DNA of 64,000 nt from a bacterium (GTDB lineage: Bacteria; Zhuqueibacterota; Zhuqueibacteria; Residuimicrobiales; Krinioviventaceae), in the NCBI GenBank assembly GCA_963674595.2, contig CAXXFV010000004.1, positions 64,001 through 128,000 of the forward strand. The letters run 5' to 3'. The notes under the pieces were generated by a model. It had not been told where the DNA came from and did no database searches. It worked only from the letters and a program-made list of their open reading frames with translations. Each line of letters starts with the position of its first letter. Position 1 is the stretch's first letter. The translations under genes were made by a program, and so were the position numbers. Of the stretch, positions 40,988 to 50,827 are shown piece after piece.

Positions 40988-42136
40988 TTGAATTTTCACC
41001 TTGACAATCTTTCACCAAAGCCCTATTGCATAAACAATCCGGCACAGATAAAAACACCCAGGCTTGTTCTGTTTGAAGATCGTGTGGACGAAAATATTCA
41101 AACCATGCAAAACCTTTTAAAAGAAAAAAATCAAAACCTGAACTTGAAAAACCTGTGCCCGCACGTTAAAACACATAAATCGGCATTGATAACACAAAAA
41201 ATGATTAAAGCGGGTATTTCCTTTTTTAAATGCACAATGAATGAAATCGACATGCTGATTCATGCCGGCGCCAAACACATTTTTATTGCTTACCCGTTGT
41301 TAAACCATTCAGCATCAGATGTTGCTCAATACATTATTAACAATCCGGATATCGTATTTTATATCCAGGTCAGCCGTTCCGAACATATAGATATTCTGAC
41401 ACAGACAGCAAAAGAGGAAAACATTCACTGGAATATATTAATTGATCTGAATGTCGGTATGAATCGTACCGGTTTGAACCCATCTGAAACATTGGAATTA
41501 TATAACGAATTAAAAAAGCTGAGCGATTTCACTTTTTACGGATTCCATGCCTATGACGGGCATGTCCATTTTGAAAACGAATCCGAAAGCAGAACAGAAG
41601 CCCAAAAAAGCATGGACCGCCTTTTAAACGTTATTAAACAATTTCAGCAAAATAATGTGCCGGTAAAAATGATAAACATCGGCGGAACCCCCAGTTTTCT
41701 GTATGATATGGAAGCAATCCGAAACCTGGACCGTAACATTCAGATTTTTCTTTCACCGGGTACATGGGTCTATTTTGATTCAAAATCGAACCGGTTTTTA
41801 CCCGATACTTTTCAGGTTGCAGCCTGTATTTTGACACAAATCATTGACAAGCCCGGAACAGACCTGGCTACGTTAAACATCGGCCATAAACGCTGGTCTA
41901 TTGACCAGGGCCAGATAACGGATTTCAGTATTAAAGGCATGAAGGCTGTTCAATGGAGTGAAGAGCATACGGTCGTTTCCATTCCTAAAGATGTTCAACT
42001 GAATATTGGTGATTTCATTTTATTCGCTCCCACACATGTTTGTTCAACTGTAAATTTGTGGGAATATATGACAGTGATTGATGGTAAAGGAGAAATAAAA
42101 ACCGAAAAATCTTTAATAGAAGCACGGAACAGATAA
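40988..42136 (+). CDS. Fold-III PLP enzyme, D-threonine aldolase/DSD1 family
   Basis: KTPRLV, PHVKTHKS, GMNRTG, HAYDGH, GGTPSF, SPGTWVYFD, SEEH, PTHVCSTVNL. Confidence 0.88.
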   Translation: MNFHLDNLSPKPYCINNPAQIKTPRLVLFEDRVDENIQTMQNLLKEKNQNLNLKNLCPHVKTHKSALITQKMIKAGISFFKCTMNEIDMLIHAGAKHIFIAYPLLNHSASDVAQYIINNPDIVFYIQVSRSEHIDILTQTAKEENIHWNILIDLNVGMNRTGLNPSETLELYNELKKLSDFTFYGFHAYDGHVHFENESESRTEAQKSMDRLLNVIKQFQQNNVPVKMINIGGTPSFLYDMEAIRNLDRNIQIFLSPGTWVYFDSKSNRFLPDTFQVAACILTQIIDKPGTDLATLNIGHKRWSIDQGQITDFSIKGMKAVQWSEEHTVVSIPKDVQLNIGDFILFAPTHVCSTVNLWEYMTVIDGKGEIKTEKSLIEARNR

Positions 42137-42186
42137 TGTAATTCTTTTGTTTAATAACATGAATTATAACCATAAAATAAAGGGAT

Positions 42187-43890
42187 GTGGAAATGGGACA
42201 TAAAATAGCTGTTTTTCTTTTGTTGATCACTTTTCAATCGGTTTTTGCAAACAGTCTTCAAAGTGAAAGGCCCTACGAGCCGGTTGTTTTAAATGCCTAC
42301 AAATTATCGCAACTGGCCGGCACACCGGTTGATGAAATGTTTTTATATTCTTATAATGCAACTTCTCAAACATGGACCATGATGCCGTTTCAGATTGATG
42401 AAATGAGCTTTTTGTTCGATCCGGTGCGTACGGATACGGTTTGGAGTTACTTTGTCATGCCGGGTTCCAACCTTACGCAGCACGACGGAATTTTTAACCA
42501 GCGAGATGAACTGGTTTTTATGATTCGCGATTTGGGAGACAAGGCGCCGGAGAGAAGTTTTATCAACAATGCAGAGGCTGCAACACACTCTAGAATTGAA
42601 ATAAACGTAACAGATCCGCTGCAGCCGGACAAAAAAGCCTATGCCTATGTGTTCCGTTCTTCAACCATTGCAGATGCCGTACCAACGCCCTATGGTTTTT
42701 CTTATGATGACGAACAAGACATGATTACAACAAACACCTATTCATTAGGAATCAACGAACACGGCACAGTTGAAGACATTAAAATCCTTGAACCGGGCGG
42801 CAACGGTCAGGATATTTTGGATATGCTCAAAGTCCGGTTTAATGGAATTGTGGATTTTATCTTTCCCATACCAATCCAATTGGACGAAAACTATTTGGTT
42901 TTACTTGAAGATAGATTTGTAACCCAAAATCCTGTTGTTCGGTTTATTCGTCTGGCATATATGACGCTTAGTATTGAAGGATTTACATTTGATGCCATAA
43001 CGTTTCCTGTTCGTACAAAATTCTACCCCTATAACGGCACAATAAAAGGTGGCACAAGCCTTTGGCCGGATGATTTAAAAACCTATTACAATGGAATAGA
43101 AGTCATTGTCATTCTTAAAGATATGCGAGAATCCTGGGATTTTAATGTGAATGCCACTGGCATGAAATTTTATAACAAATATAACGACGGCATCCTTATC
43201 GACGGTGTTCCGGACACACCGGATACGACAGTTGATGTACCGATCAACGCCTGGGATTTAACTACTGGTGATCAGGGCTCGTTATTTAAAGTCGGCCATT
43301 TTAAAGAACAAAAATGGCTTGGTGTAGGCCTTTATTATTATGATAATAGTGAAGGCGGACAAGGCGACAGCGACTTGTTTGGGGAAAATGACAGCGGAGA
43401 CGGAAAATCATACGGCGATAACGGTATTCTTTTTCGCAACAAACCGGAAGGAGACAGTATTACCATTGAATTGGACTATACGGCCTATTTTATCCCGGAA
43501 AAAAATCTGGATAAAGCCTATGGCGAAAAACTGGCCGGACAACTGGAACAGCCGGTAACGGTTCAAACCGAACTTGTGACCGACGTCGATGGTGAAAACA
43601 ATCCCCTTGCGACAAGTTTTCAGTTGCACCAAAATTATCCGAATCCGTTTAACAGTTCAACAAAAATATCATTCAGTATTACAAAACCGCAAAAAGTAAC
43701 GATATCCATAGTTAATACCAGAGGACAAACAATTCAAATCCTTGCGGACAAACAATACAATGCCGGTCAGTTTGAGGTCCATTGGAACGGTCGGGATATT
43801 CAGGGCCGGGACGTACCCTCAGGGCTTTATCTCTATAAAATAACATCCGGCACATACGAGCAGACCAAAAAAATGTTATATATAAAATAA
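42187..43890 (+). CDS. Secreted protein with FlgD-Ig/T9SS-type C-terminal sorting domain
   Basis: Signal peptide; FQLHQNYPNPFNSSTKI...WNGRD..G..VPSGLYLYKI...KKMLYIK. Confidence 0.85.
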   Translation: MEMGHKIAVFLLLITFQSVFANSLQSERPYEPVVLNAYKLSQLAGTPVDEMFLYSYNATSQTWTMMPFQIDEMSFLFDPVRTDTVWSYFVMPGSNLTQHDGIFNQRDELVFMIRDLGDKAPERSFINNAEAATHSRIEINVTDPLQPDKKAYAYVFRSSTIADAVPTPYGFSYDDEQDMITTNTYSLGINEHGTVEDIKILEPGGNGQDILDMLKVRFNGIVDFIFPIPIQLDENYLVLLEDRFVTQNPVVRFIRLAYMTLSIEGFTFDAITFPVRTKFYPYNGTIKGGTSLWPDDLKTYYNGIEVIVILKDMRESWDFNVNATGMKFYNKYNDGILIDGVPDTPDTTVDVPINAWDLTTGDQGSLFKVGHFKEQKWLGVGLYYYDNSEGGQGDSDLFGENDSGDGKSYGDNGILFRNKPEGDSITIELDYTAYFIPEKNLDKAYGEKLAGQLEQPVTVQTELVTDVDGENNPLATSFQLHQNYPNPFNSSTKISFSITKPQKVTISIVNTRGQTIQILADKQYNAGQFEVHWNGRDIQGRDVPSGLYLYKITSGTYEQTKKMLYIK

Positions 43891-43903
43891 AGCAGAGAAT
43901 AGT

Positions 43904-44731
43904 TTGAAAAAATTTTACATATATTTCCTTTTTTTACTTTTATTAGCAGCATGCAGTGACGACCACGGACTTGCGCCGTTGCCGGGAAAACTGGGTGTGG
44001 ATGTTATTTTTATAAACAGTAAAATCCCTGAAAACACTCAGGGAATTTACCTGTTTGTCGCCCCGACATTTCCGCCCCATGCTATTAATGAAATATATCT
44101 GCTGCCGAACAGCCTGCCCTTTCAGGAAATTGATCGAGATGTCGGTGCAAATGTGCGGGATACACTCTATACGGAAATTGATTTGCCATACGGGCATTAT
44201 GAAGCTATCGGTCTCTGGTGGTATAATACGGAAACGGAATCCAATCTTGCCGATGTGTTCACCCTCAAGCTGGGGTCGGATTTTATGCCGGTCCCAATTG
44301 ATATTACGCCGGAGCAGCCTTTTGTTCACACCGACTTGTGGGCCAATCTTTCCAGAATGGAAAGAAACTCATTTATCGAAGGAACTATAAATTTTAACGG
44401 TCCCTTTCCTGAAAACACCATGGCAACAGCCATTGCCGCCTATTTTAAAAAACCGGACAAAGAAATCGAATATCTGGTATATCTGCTGTCCATGGATTTC
44501 AGCATTGATCAAAATCCTTATCATTTTAAACTTCCGGTACCGACCCGGTTTCGCACAATCGATTATCTTGTGGTGTTGTGGCTGTCGGAAAGATCAGGAT
44601 TGGATGATTTTAAAACAATCGGTTATTACCGTGATCCGGCAAATCCGGACCAACCGGGACAGGTTAAAATTGTTCCGGATGGCACGGTTTCAGGATTTAA
44701 CATTCAGGCGGACTGGTCATTAATTGAATAA
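43904..44731 (+). CDS. Hypothetical lipoprotein with two similar domains
   Basis: LLAAC lipobox; the halves start G.L..DVIF..SKIPENT and IEGTINFNGPFPENT. Confidence 0.75.
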   Translation: MKKFYIYFLFLLLLAACSDDHGLAPLPGKLGVDVIFINSKIPENTQGIYLFVAPTFPPHAINEIYLLPNSLPFQEIDRDVGANVRDTLYTEIDLPYGHYEAIGLWWYNTETESNLADVFTLKLGSDFMPVPIDITPEQPFVHTDLWANLSRMERNSFIEGTINFNGPFPENTMATAIAAYFKKPDKEIEYLVYLLSMDFSIDQNPYHFKLPVPTRFRTIDYLVVLWLSERSGLDDFKTIGYYRDPANPDQPGQVKIVPDGTVSGFNIQADWSLIE

Positions 44732-44741
44732 AATATACTCT

Positions 44742-46916
44742 ATGAAAAAATTTATTAAAAAAACTATTTTTATTTATTTAACCTTTTTTTTCCCGATTTC
44801 TGTTTTTGCCATAAACGGAAAAATTTCCGGGATTGTTAAAGACGCTGATACAAACGAACCTCTTCCGGCGGTTAATATTGTTCTGCCCGGCACTGTCCGT
44901 GGGGCCAGCACAGATATGCAGGGACAATTTATCATCAAAGACCTGCCGCCCGGAACCTATTCTGTTCGTGTTTCAAGAATCGGATACAGGACAATAACCA
45001 AACAAAACATTAAAGTTCAGTTAAATAAAGAAAACCGCCTTTCAATTTCCATGAAAGAAACAGCATTGGAATTTGATCCGATTGTTGTGCTGGCAGGGAA
45101 ATCCCAACAACAACTGGACCAGGCAAATGTTTCCATGTCCGTTATCACATCAACCGAAATTGAACGTCGGAACCCTGTTGATGTCATACAAGCGCTTGAA
45201 ACAGCGCCCGGAATTCATTTTGTGGGAACACAAATCAATATTCGCGGTTCTTCCGGGTTTTCATTTGGAGTCGGGAATAAAGTACTCTTACTATTGGACG
45301 GTGTGCCTGTTTACGCCAGTGATACCGGAGAATTTAACTGGGACATGATCTCTCCGTCAGACATTAAGCAGGTTGAAATTTTAAAAGGCGCAGGTTCCAC
45401 ATTATGGGGCGCATCAGCCCTGGGCGGCGTTGTCAATATTATCACCAAAGATCCGACGCCTGAAGGAAAATTTCACGTTGCCTACACAATAGGCAAATAC
45501 GATCATCCATACCATTCCGAATGGGAATGGACAGACCCGGACCGGTTACACTATACAAGAGAGGACATTAGTTACAGCAAACAGGCTGGTAATATCGGTT
45601 TTCGTATTTCCACCGGACGTCTGATTTCAACTGGGTACAGTCAACTTGGTGATGCCGTCAAATTTAATATTGCCGGTAAATTTGATTACAAATTCGGTGC
45701 AAATTATAAATGGACATTTTACACAGCCTATAACGAAAATGAACGGGGATTTTTTATTCAGTGGAAGGGACCAAATTCTCCCTATGAAGTAGAACCGATA
45801 AACCTGGAAAACAGGGCCAAAGTAAAACAGTTGAACACTTATACAAAATTCAGTTTTCCCCTTTCTGCCAAATTTGCGGTGAACCTGCGTTTTTCATTTG
45901 TGCGGTCACTTATGGGGAACCAATTTGGTCACGGCTCCAGTTTTAATCCGGCCATTGGTCAGGGTATGGAAGTACAAAGCGACTGGATTCCTGTTGACGG
46001 ACATATCATTACCAGCGGCATCCAATACCAGTACGACAGCGGTAATGCAAAATATTTCGGCAGCCACAAAGGTTACCTGATCGGACCCTATGTGCAGGAT
46101 GAGTGGAAGATCCAAAAAAACCTGCGTCTCACAACCGGATTCCGCTACGACCGCTACCAGCTAATCGGCGGCGAAAAAGAAGACTTGTTCAGTCCGCGTA
46201 TGGGCATCAACTGGCAGGCATGGCCGACCACAAGTTTTCGTGCTTCTGCGGGCAGTGGTTTTCGTGCAGCCACTATTGTTGAACGATTTTTAGAATTATC
46301 CATAATGAACTTTAAAATAGTCCCGAACGATACGCTAAAAGCTGAAAGTTCCTGGGCATTTGACGCCGGTATGCGGCATTATTTTAATGAAAACTGGAAT
46401 ATAGATATATCCCTTTTTCAAAACGACTATTGGGAATTAATTGAAGCACATTTGGACCTTTTTCGCGGACAAATAAAATTTCGCAACGTACCCCGTGCAC
46501 GGATTAAAGGCCTGGAAATTACAACAAATGCCGGTTTTCCGATGCAAATTAAAAACAAACACATGACCCCCGGATTTCAGATCAGTTTGACAGCTATGGA
46601 CCATAAAGATTTGAAATATAATGAACCGCTGACTTATCGTCCGGATGTACTTTTTTCTCTAAAATCGTTTTTACAATTCAGCGTTTTTCGTTATGAAATA
46701 GATTACAGATATGCCAGCCGCATTGAACAGGTTAAATTATATCCGGTTAACGAAAGGGTCCCTATGAAATTTGTGGATACCCGGCTGTCATGGAACTATA
46801 AAAACTTGACTGTACAGTTTAGTATCAATAATTTGTTTAACTATAATTATGCGCCCATGGAAAGTAATCTTGAACCGATGCGAAGGTTTATCCTGGGATT
46901 AAAAGGTGATTTTTAA
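44742..46916 (+). CDS. TonB-dependent receptor with N-terminal carboxypeptidase-regulatory-like domain
   Basis: GKISGIVKDADTNEPLPAVNI, plug INIRGSSG...VLLLLDGVP, VEILKGAGSTLWGASALGGVVNIITK, NNLFN, terminal F. Confidence 0.93.
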   Translation: MKKFIKKTIFIYLTFFFPISVFAINGKISGIVKDADTNEPLPAVNIVLPGTVRGASTDMQGQFIIKDLPPGTYSVRVSRIGYRTITKQNIKVQLNKENRLSISMKETALEFDPIVVLAGKSQQQLDQANVSMSVITSTEIERRNPVDVIQALETAPGIHFVGTQINIRGSSGFSFGVGNKVLLLLDGVPVYASDTGEFNWDMISPSDIKQVEILKGAGSTLWGASALGGVVNIITKDPTPEGKFHVAYTIGKYDHPYHSEWEWTDPDRLHYTREDISYSKQAGNIGFRISTGRLISTGYSQLGDAVKFNIAGKFDYKFGANYKWTFYTAYNENERGFFIQWKGPNSPYEVEPINLENRAKVKQLNTYTKFSFPLSAKFAVNLRFSFVRSLMGNQFGHGSSFNPAIGQGMEVQSDWIPVDGHIITSGIQYQYDSGNAKYFGSHKGYLIGPYVQDEWKIQKNLRLTTGFRYDRYQLIGGEKEDLFSPRMGINWQAWPTTSFRASAGSGFRAATIVERFLELSIMNFKIVPNDTLKAESSWAFDAGMRHYFNENWNIDISLFQNDYWELIEAHLDLFRGQIKFRNVPRARIKGLEITTNAGFPMQIKNKHMTPGFQISLTAMDHKDLKYNEPLTYRPDVLFSLKSFLQFSVFRYEIDYRYASRIEQVKLYPVNERVPMKFVDTRLSWNYKNLTVQFSINNLFNYNYAPMESNLEPMRRFILGLKGDF

Positions 46917-46940
46917 AAAAGAAAATATTTTGTAAATTGT

Positions 46941-48161
46941 ATGATGGTTCCTTTAGAAACCGAAACAATCTCCAGAACTCCGGTTATAGCCGTTATTGAT
47001 GACGAAGAAATGGTAACAAAGTCCATCGAATCATTTCTCATGCTTGAAACAGACTATCAGGTGCTGACATTTCAATCTCCTGTTGCCGCATTGCAATGCC
47101 TGAAAAAAACACCCCCGGATGTTGTTATTGCAGATTTTTTGATGCCCGAAATGAATGGTCTTGAATTTTTAAATGAACTTAAAAATCAATACCCGGATGT
47201 ACCCGGTGTTTTATTAACAGCCTATGCAGACAAAGAAAATGCCATTAAGGGTATTAATGAAGTGGGATTATTTCAATATATTCAAAAACCCTGGGACAAT
47301 GATAATTTAAAAATGATTATACAAAACGGGCTGGCCAATAAAAGCTTAAAAACAACCTTGAAAGAAAAAATAAAAGAGATAGACAATGTTTTAAGGCAAC
47401 GAGACGAACTATTCAAGTTACATAATATATTAAATGAAGAAATGGCCTTTGCCAAACGAATTCATAATAAACTTTTACCGCCCAATTATTTTAATATTAA
47501 TGACATTATTATTGATACGACCTATAAACCGGCTTTGGAAATCGGCGGAGATTTTTATGATGTCATTCCATTAAAAGACAACAAAATTGCTTTACTCGTT
47601 GCCGATATAACCGGTCATGGAATTCAGGCCGCATTGTGTACGGCCCTTCTCAAATTCTCGTTTTCTGAATTCTATAATAAAGACACCACCGGAGAACAAA
47701 TCTTAAAAGGAATGAACCAGGTACTGTTTAAAGGATTGCCTGACAATATTTTTGCTGCGGCCCTGGTTGTAATTATTGATACGGCAACCCGGGAGTGTAC
47801 GATGCATAATGCCGGTATTCCCCACCCTTTTTTAATTCAACGACAAAAACAAAATGTTGAAAAAATTGTTTTAAACGGACTTGTTCTTGGATTTGTTAAA
47901 GAAACAATATATGATCCCGGACCATCAATAACAATCCAGTTACAAAAAGATGATATGTTGTTGATTTTTTCTGACGGACTATCTGAAATAAGGGATAAAG
48001 ATAATCATTTTTTTGGCGATCACCGTTTGAATGATGTCCTTGAAAACAATATCTCTTTGGATAATAAAAAACTGTGCGAATTAATTCAAAAAGAAGCATC
48101 ACAGTTTAACAATCATAATAAAATGGATGACCTCATGATTGTTAACGTGTCCGGTAATTAA
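46941..48161 (+). CDS. Response-regulator receiver + PP2C/SpoIIE phosphatase (RsbU/RsbP-like)
   Basis: VIDDE, IADFLMPEMNG, YIQKPW; IGGDFYD, VADITGHGIQAA, NAGIP, FSDGLSE, DDLMIV. Confidence 0.93.
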   Translation: MMVPLETETISRTPVIAVIDDEEMVTKSIESFLMLETDYQVLTFQSPVAALQCLKKTPPDVVIADFLMPEMNGLEFLNELKNQYPDVPGVLLTAYADKENAIKGINEVGLFQYIQKPWDNDNLKMIIQNGLANKSLKTTLKEKIKEIDNVLRQRDELFKLHNILNEEMAFAKRIHNKLLPPNYFNINDIIIDTTYKPALEIGGDFYDVIPLKDNKIALLVADITGHGIQAALCTALLKFSFSEFYNKDTTGEQILKGMNQVLFKGLPDNIFAAALVVIIDTATRECTMHNAGIPHPFLIQRQKQNVEKIVLNGLVLGFVKETIYDPGPSITIQLQKDDMLLIFSDGLSEIRDKDNHFFGDHRLNDVLENNISLDNKKLCELIQKEASQFNNHNKMDDLMIVNVSGN

Positions 48162-48428
48162 TTATTACTTGCGGATGGCAGCAATTCCTTATATATTATA
48201 AATAATACATAAAATATTTTAGGCGGAAATATATTTCATCTAAATGGGAGAACAGTATGAAATATTTATCGAGTATTTTACTTTCTTTTTCGGTTTTATT
48301 TCGTTGTCCGACAGATAATGATGATAATCCTTCAAATTCGGAATGGGTGTCAACAACATTTCCACATTAAAAAGTAAAAGAGCAGGAAAAAAATTTTCTG
48401 CTCTTTTTATCACATTTTTTTGATATTT

Positions 48429-48444
48429 GTCAACAATCTTTGAC
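48429..48444. promoter_or_regulatory. Inverted repeat, candidate enhancer-binding-protein site (UAS)
   Basis: GTCAA-N6-TTGAC about 85-100 bp upstream of the sigma54 -24 element. Confidence 0.4.
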
Positions 48445-48525
48445 GCATTTTTCCCCATATGATAACCACTTAAAATCAAAACCCACGAACACCATAAAAA
48501 ACAACATCAAAATCCGGTTAAAAAC

Positions 48526-48542
48526 TTGGTATGCTTGTTGCT
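48526..48542 (+). promoter_or_regulatory. Sigma54 (-24/-12) promoter
   Basis: TTGGTATGCTTGTTGCT: GG-N10-GC spacing, near-consensus TGGCAC-N5-TTGCW, ~65 bp before ATG 48609. Confidence 0.7.
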
Positions 48543-48608
48543 TAAAGCAAACTAGATTTTCCATCCGAACCTATAATGTACTAGTTCAAGATTCAGGAGG
48601 TTTTCAAA

Positions 48609-48854
48609 ATGACACTACCACCAAGCTCTCATTATTTATGGAGAGAAATTGTAACCGGAGCAAAAAAGCATGATTTTAAATTTTTTGCTGCAAAAATGGT
48701 TGTTGGACGAGCGTCAATCATTTTACGAAATGATTCCTCAGAAACAAAAATAAAAGGCTTTATTGATGAATTAAGAGATGTTTTTGAAAAAAACATTAAA
48801 CTGCCCAAAGTCCAACAAGATTTAATCACAATATTTGGACAAGGAGGTTTATAA
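48609..48854 (+). CDS. Conserved-looking 81-aa hypothetical protein coupled to the FIST-like gene
   Basis: Strong SD AGGAGG; stop overlaps next ATG (TAATG). Confidence 0.75.
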   Translation: MTLPPSSHYLWREIVTGAKKHDFKFFAAKMVVGRASIILRNDSSETKIKGFIDELRDVFEKNIKLPKVQQDLITIFGQGGL

Positions 48855-49846
48855 TGCAACAAGTTATGTTTGATGTGAATGCGGTTATCGAGAAAATTAA
48901 TCAGGGAAAAAAACTTGTTATTAGCGGCTGACGAAAAAAATTCTTTTCTCAATTACCTCAAGGTAATTGGATAGGAGGAACAATTCCATACTTTATGGCG
49001 GAACAAGGTGGTCCTATTTACCAAAGATAAAAATATTCGTAACAGAAACTACCCGAATATATCGAAAACATCTCTATTAAAAATTATGATGAAAAAAACA
49101 TTGAAAATGTTTATCTGGAAATACCGGATAACGGTTTCGGATGTATCATCATTCCAGCCAGTTGCCAGACACATCTCAACTTTGCATTAAATGCTCCCGG
49201 GTATAAAGGTTTTGCCACACATCCCCTGGTAGGTTGGATATCGGGAATAGACCTGAATGATTTAGGAAAAATATCACCCAAAGTTTTTAACGGGCAGGAA
49301 CAAAAAGGTTATGAAAACGGTGCAATCGTTATGCAAGTCCAGCTACCGGAAACAAAAATCGCCGACATAAACATTATCAACATTTTTGAACAAGGTGATG
49401 GAGATGCCATCGAATTCCCTCAAGACTCTTTTCAGGCTTCCGAGGCTATTGTTAAAGGAGAAAAAATAAATTTTGCCTCTTATATCAAAGAAAACAATCT
49501 GGACACCAAGCTGCCATTAGTCGCCGATTATTATGGCGCAATGATCAATATCAGCTTTCAAGCTGTTGAAGATCAGAATGTTTCCTTTTATGCGCCTGTA
49601 TTTTCCGGTATGACATACAAACAAGCCAAACCGGTGCAGGATTATGTTACTAAATTTTTATCTGAAATGCCCAACGAAGGAACAGACCAGATTATTTTTT
49701 CATGTAATTGTATTCTCAATTATCTGTACTCAGAATTGGAAGGAAAAACAACCGGAGGTATTACAGGCCCCATAACATTTGGTGAAATTGCTTATCAACT
49801 GTTAAACCAAACCCTTGTATATCTAACCATAACGGATATTTCTTAA
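48854..49846 (+). CDS. FIST-like (DUF6976-type) protein; 5' part broken by several 1-bp insertions (48905-49050)
   Basis: Restorable reading MQQVMFDV...LLLAADEKILSQLPQGNWIGGTIPYFMAEQGG...PLVGWISG..., then ORF 49331..49846 with LPLVADYYGAMINISF, FYAPVF, FSCNCILNYLY, GPITFGEIAYQLLNQT. Confidence 0.75.
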
Positions 49847-49852
49847 AATAAA

Positions 49853-49881
49853 AAAGGTCTGTCAAAATTTGACAGACCTTT
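49853..49881. terminator. Bidirectional intrinsic terminator between convergent genes
   Basis: AAAGGTCTGTCAAA-A-TTTGACAGACCTTT perfect stem flanked by A and T tracts. Confidence 0.85.
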
Positions 49882-49888
49882 ATTTTTT

Positions 49889-50827
49889 CTAATTGGAATT
49901 TTTGAGATATTTTAAATAATCCGAATCTGTACTTAAAATTATCACCGAAGACTTGTCTATCGTATTTCGATAGGTATCAAGTGTCTGTAAAAAGGAATAA
50001 AATGCCGGATCCTTTGAAAAAGCATTGGCGTAAATTTCAGTAGCTTCCGCGTCGCCATTTCCCTTAATCTGCTGCGCCGACCGATAGGCTTCAGATGAAA
50101 TACGTTGTAGTTCCTTTTGCATCTGCCCTTCAATCTGGGCTTTACGGCCTTGTCCTTCGGAACGGTAAAGCTCAGCAATCCTTTTTCGTTCGGAAATCAT
50201 ACGATCAAACACTTTTCTTCGTACTTCTTCAATATAGTTTACCTGTTTAATCCGAATATCCAAAACTTCAATTCCATATTGAGGAACAATTTGTTGTACT
50301 TTGGCCAGGATGGCATTTGTAATCGCTTCCCGACCTTTTTCTATTGTCAATGAATCCACCTGAACAATATTAGCGCCTTCTTCTGTAGAAATAGCCAGTT
50401 CCCGGTTGGAATTTCGAACAATTTCAATCAACAGATTTTCACTAATAAAATCACGGGTTATACCATCCATAATATCATCCAACCGTCCCAATGCATTTCT
50501 GTAGTTATTGACTGACTGGAAAAACTTTAACGGGTCCGTAATTCGCCAGCGGGCAAATGTATTAACAAGCAAATATTTTTTATCCGAAGTTGGAATCTGA
50601 TTGGCATCACCATCCCACTCCATTATACGTTTTTCAAAAGTCGTCACTTTATAAATAAACGGAACCTTGGCATGCAAACCAGCTTCGGTAACCGGATCAC
50701 CAACCGGTTCACCGAATTTTGTAATAATGACCTGCTCTGTTTCATCAACGATATAAAAAGCATCAGATACAATGATAACAGCAAAAAATATCAATATGCC
50801 GTAAAAGTAAAGTTTTGATTTATTCAT
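49889..50827 (-). CDS. hflC: FtsH modulator HflC
   Basis: N-terminal TM, ITKFGEP, PTSDKK, WRITDPL, VFDRMISER, RSEG, DPAFYSFLQTL. Confidence 0.93.
   Translation of the reverse strand: MNKSKLYFYGILIFFAVIIVSDAFYIVDETEQVIITKFGEPVGDPVTEAGLHAKVPFIYKVTTFEKRIMEWDGDANQIPTSDKKYLLVNTFARWRITDPLKFFQSVNNYRNALGRLDDIMDGITRDFISENLLIEIVRNSNRELAISTEEGANIVQVDSLTIEKGREAITNAILAKVQQIVPQYGIEVLDIRIKQVNYIEEVRRKVFDRMISERKRIAELYRSEGQGRKAQIEGQMQKELQRISSEAYRSAQQIKGNGDAEATEIYANAFSKDPAFYSFLQTLDTYRNTIDKSSVIILSTDSDYLKYLKNSN

Noticed and set aside
48162-48608. Short ORFs (48240..48479, 48440..48673) or a riboswitch in this intergenic region
   Set aside because: No SD or recognisable motifs and no riboswitch consensus seen; the region is better explained as a sigma54 promoter with UAS.
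48929-48931. In-frame TGA early in the FIST-like gene as selenocysteine or stop recoding
   Set aside because: The plausible protein (LLLAADE) is in another frame after the preceding A-run, so the TGA results from a frameshift. TGA is used as a normal stop elsewhere in the window.
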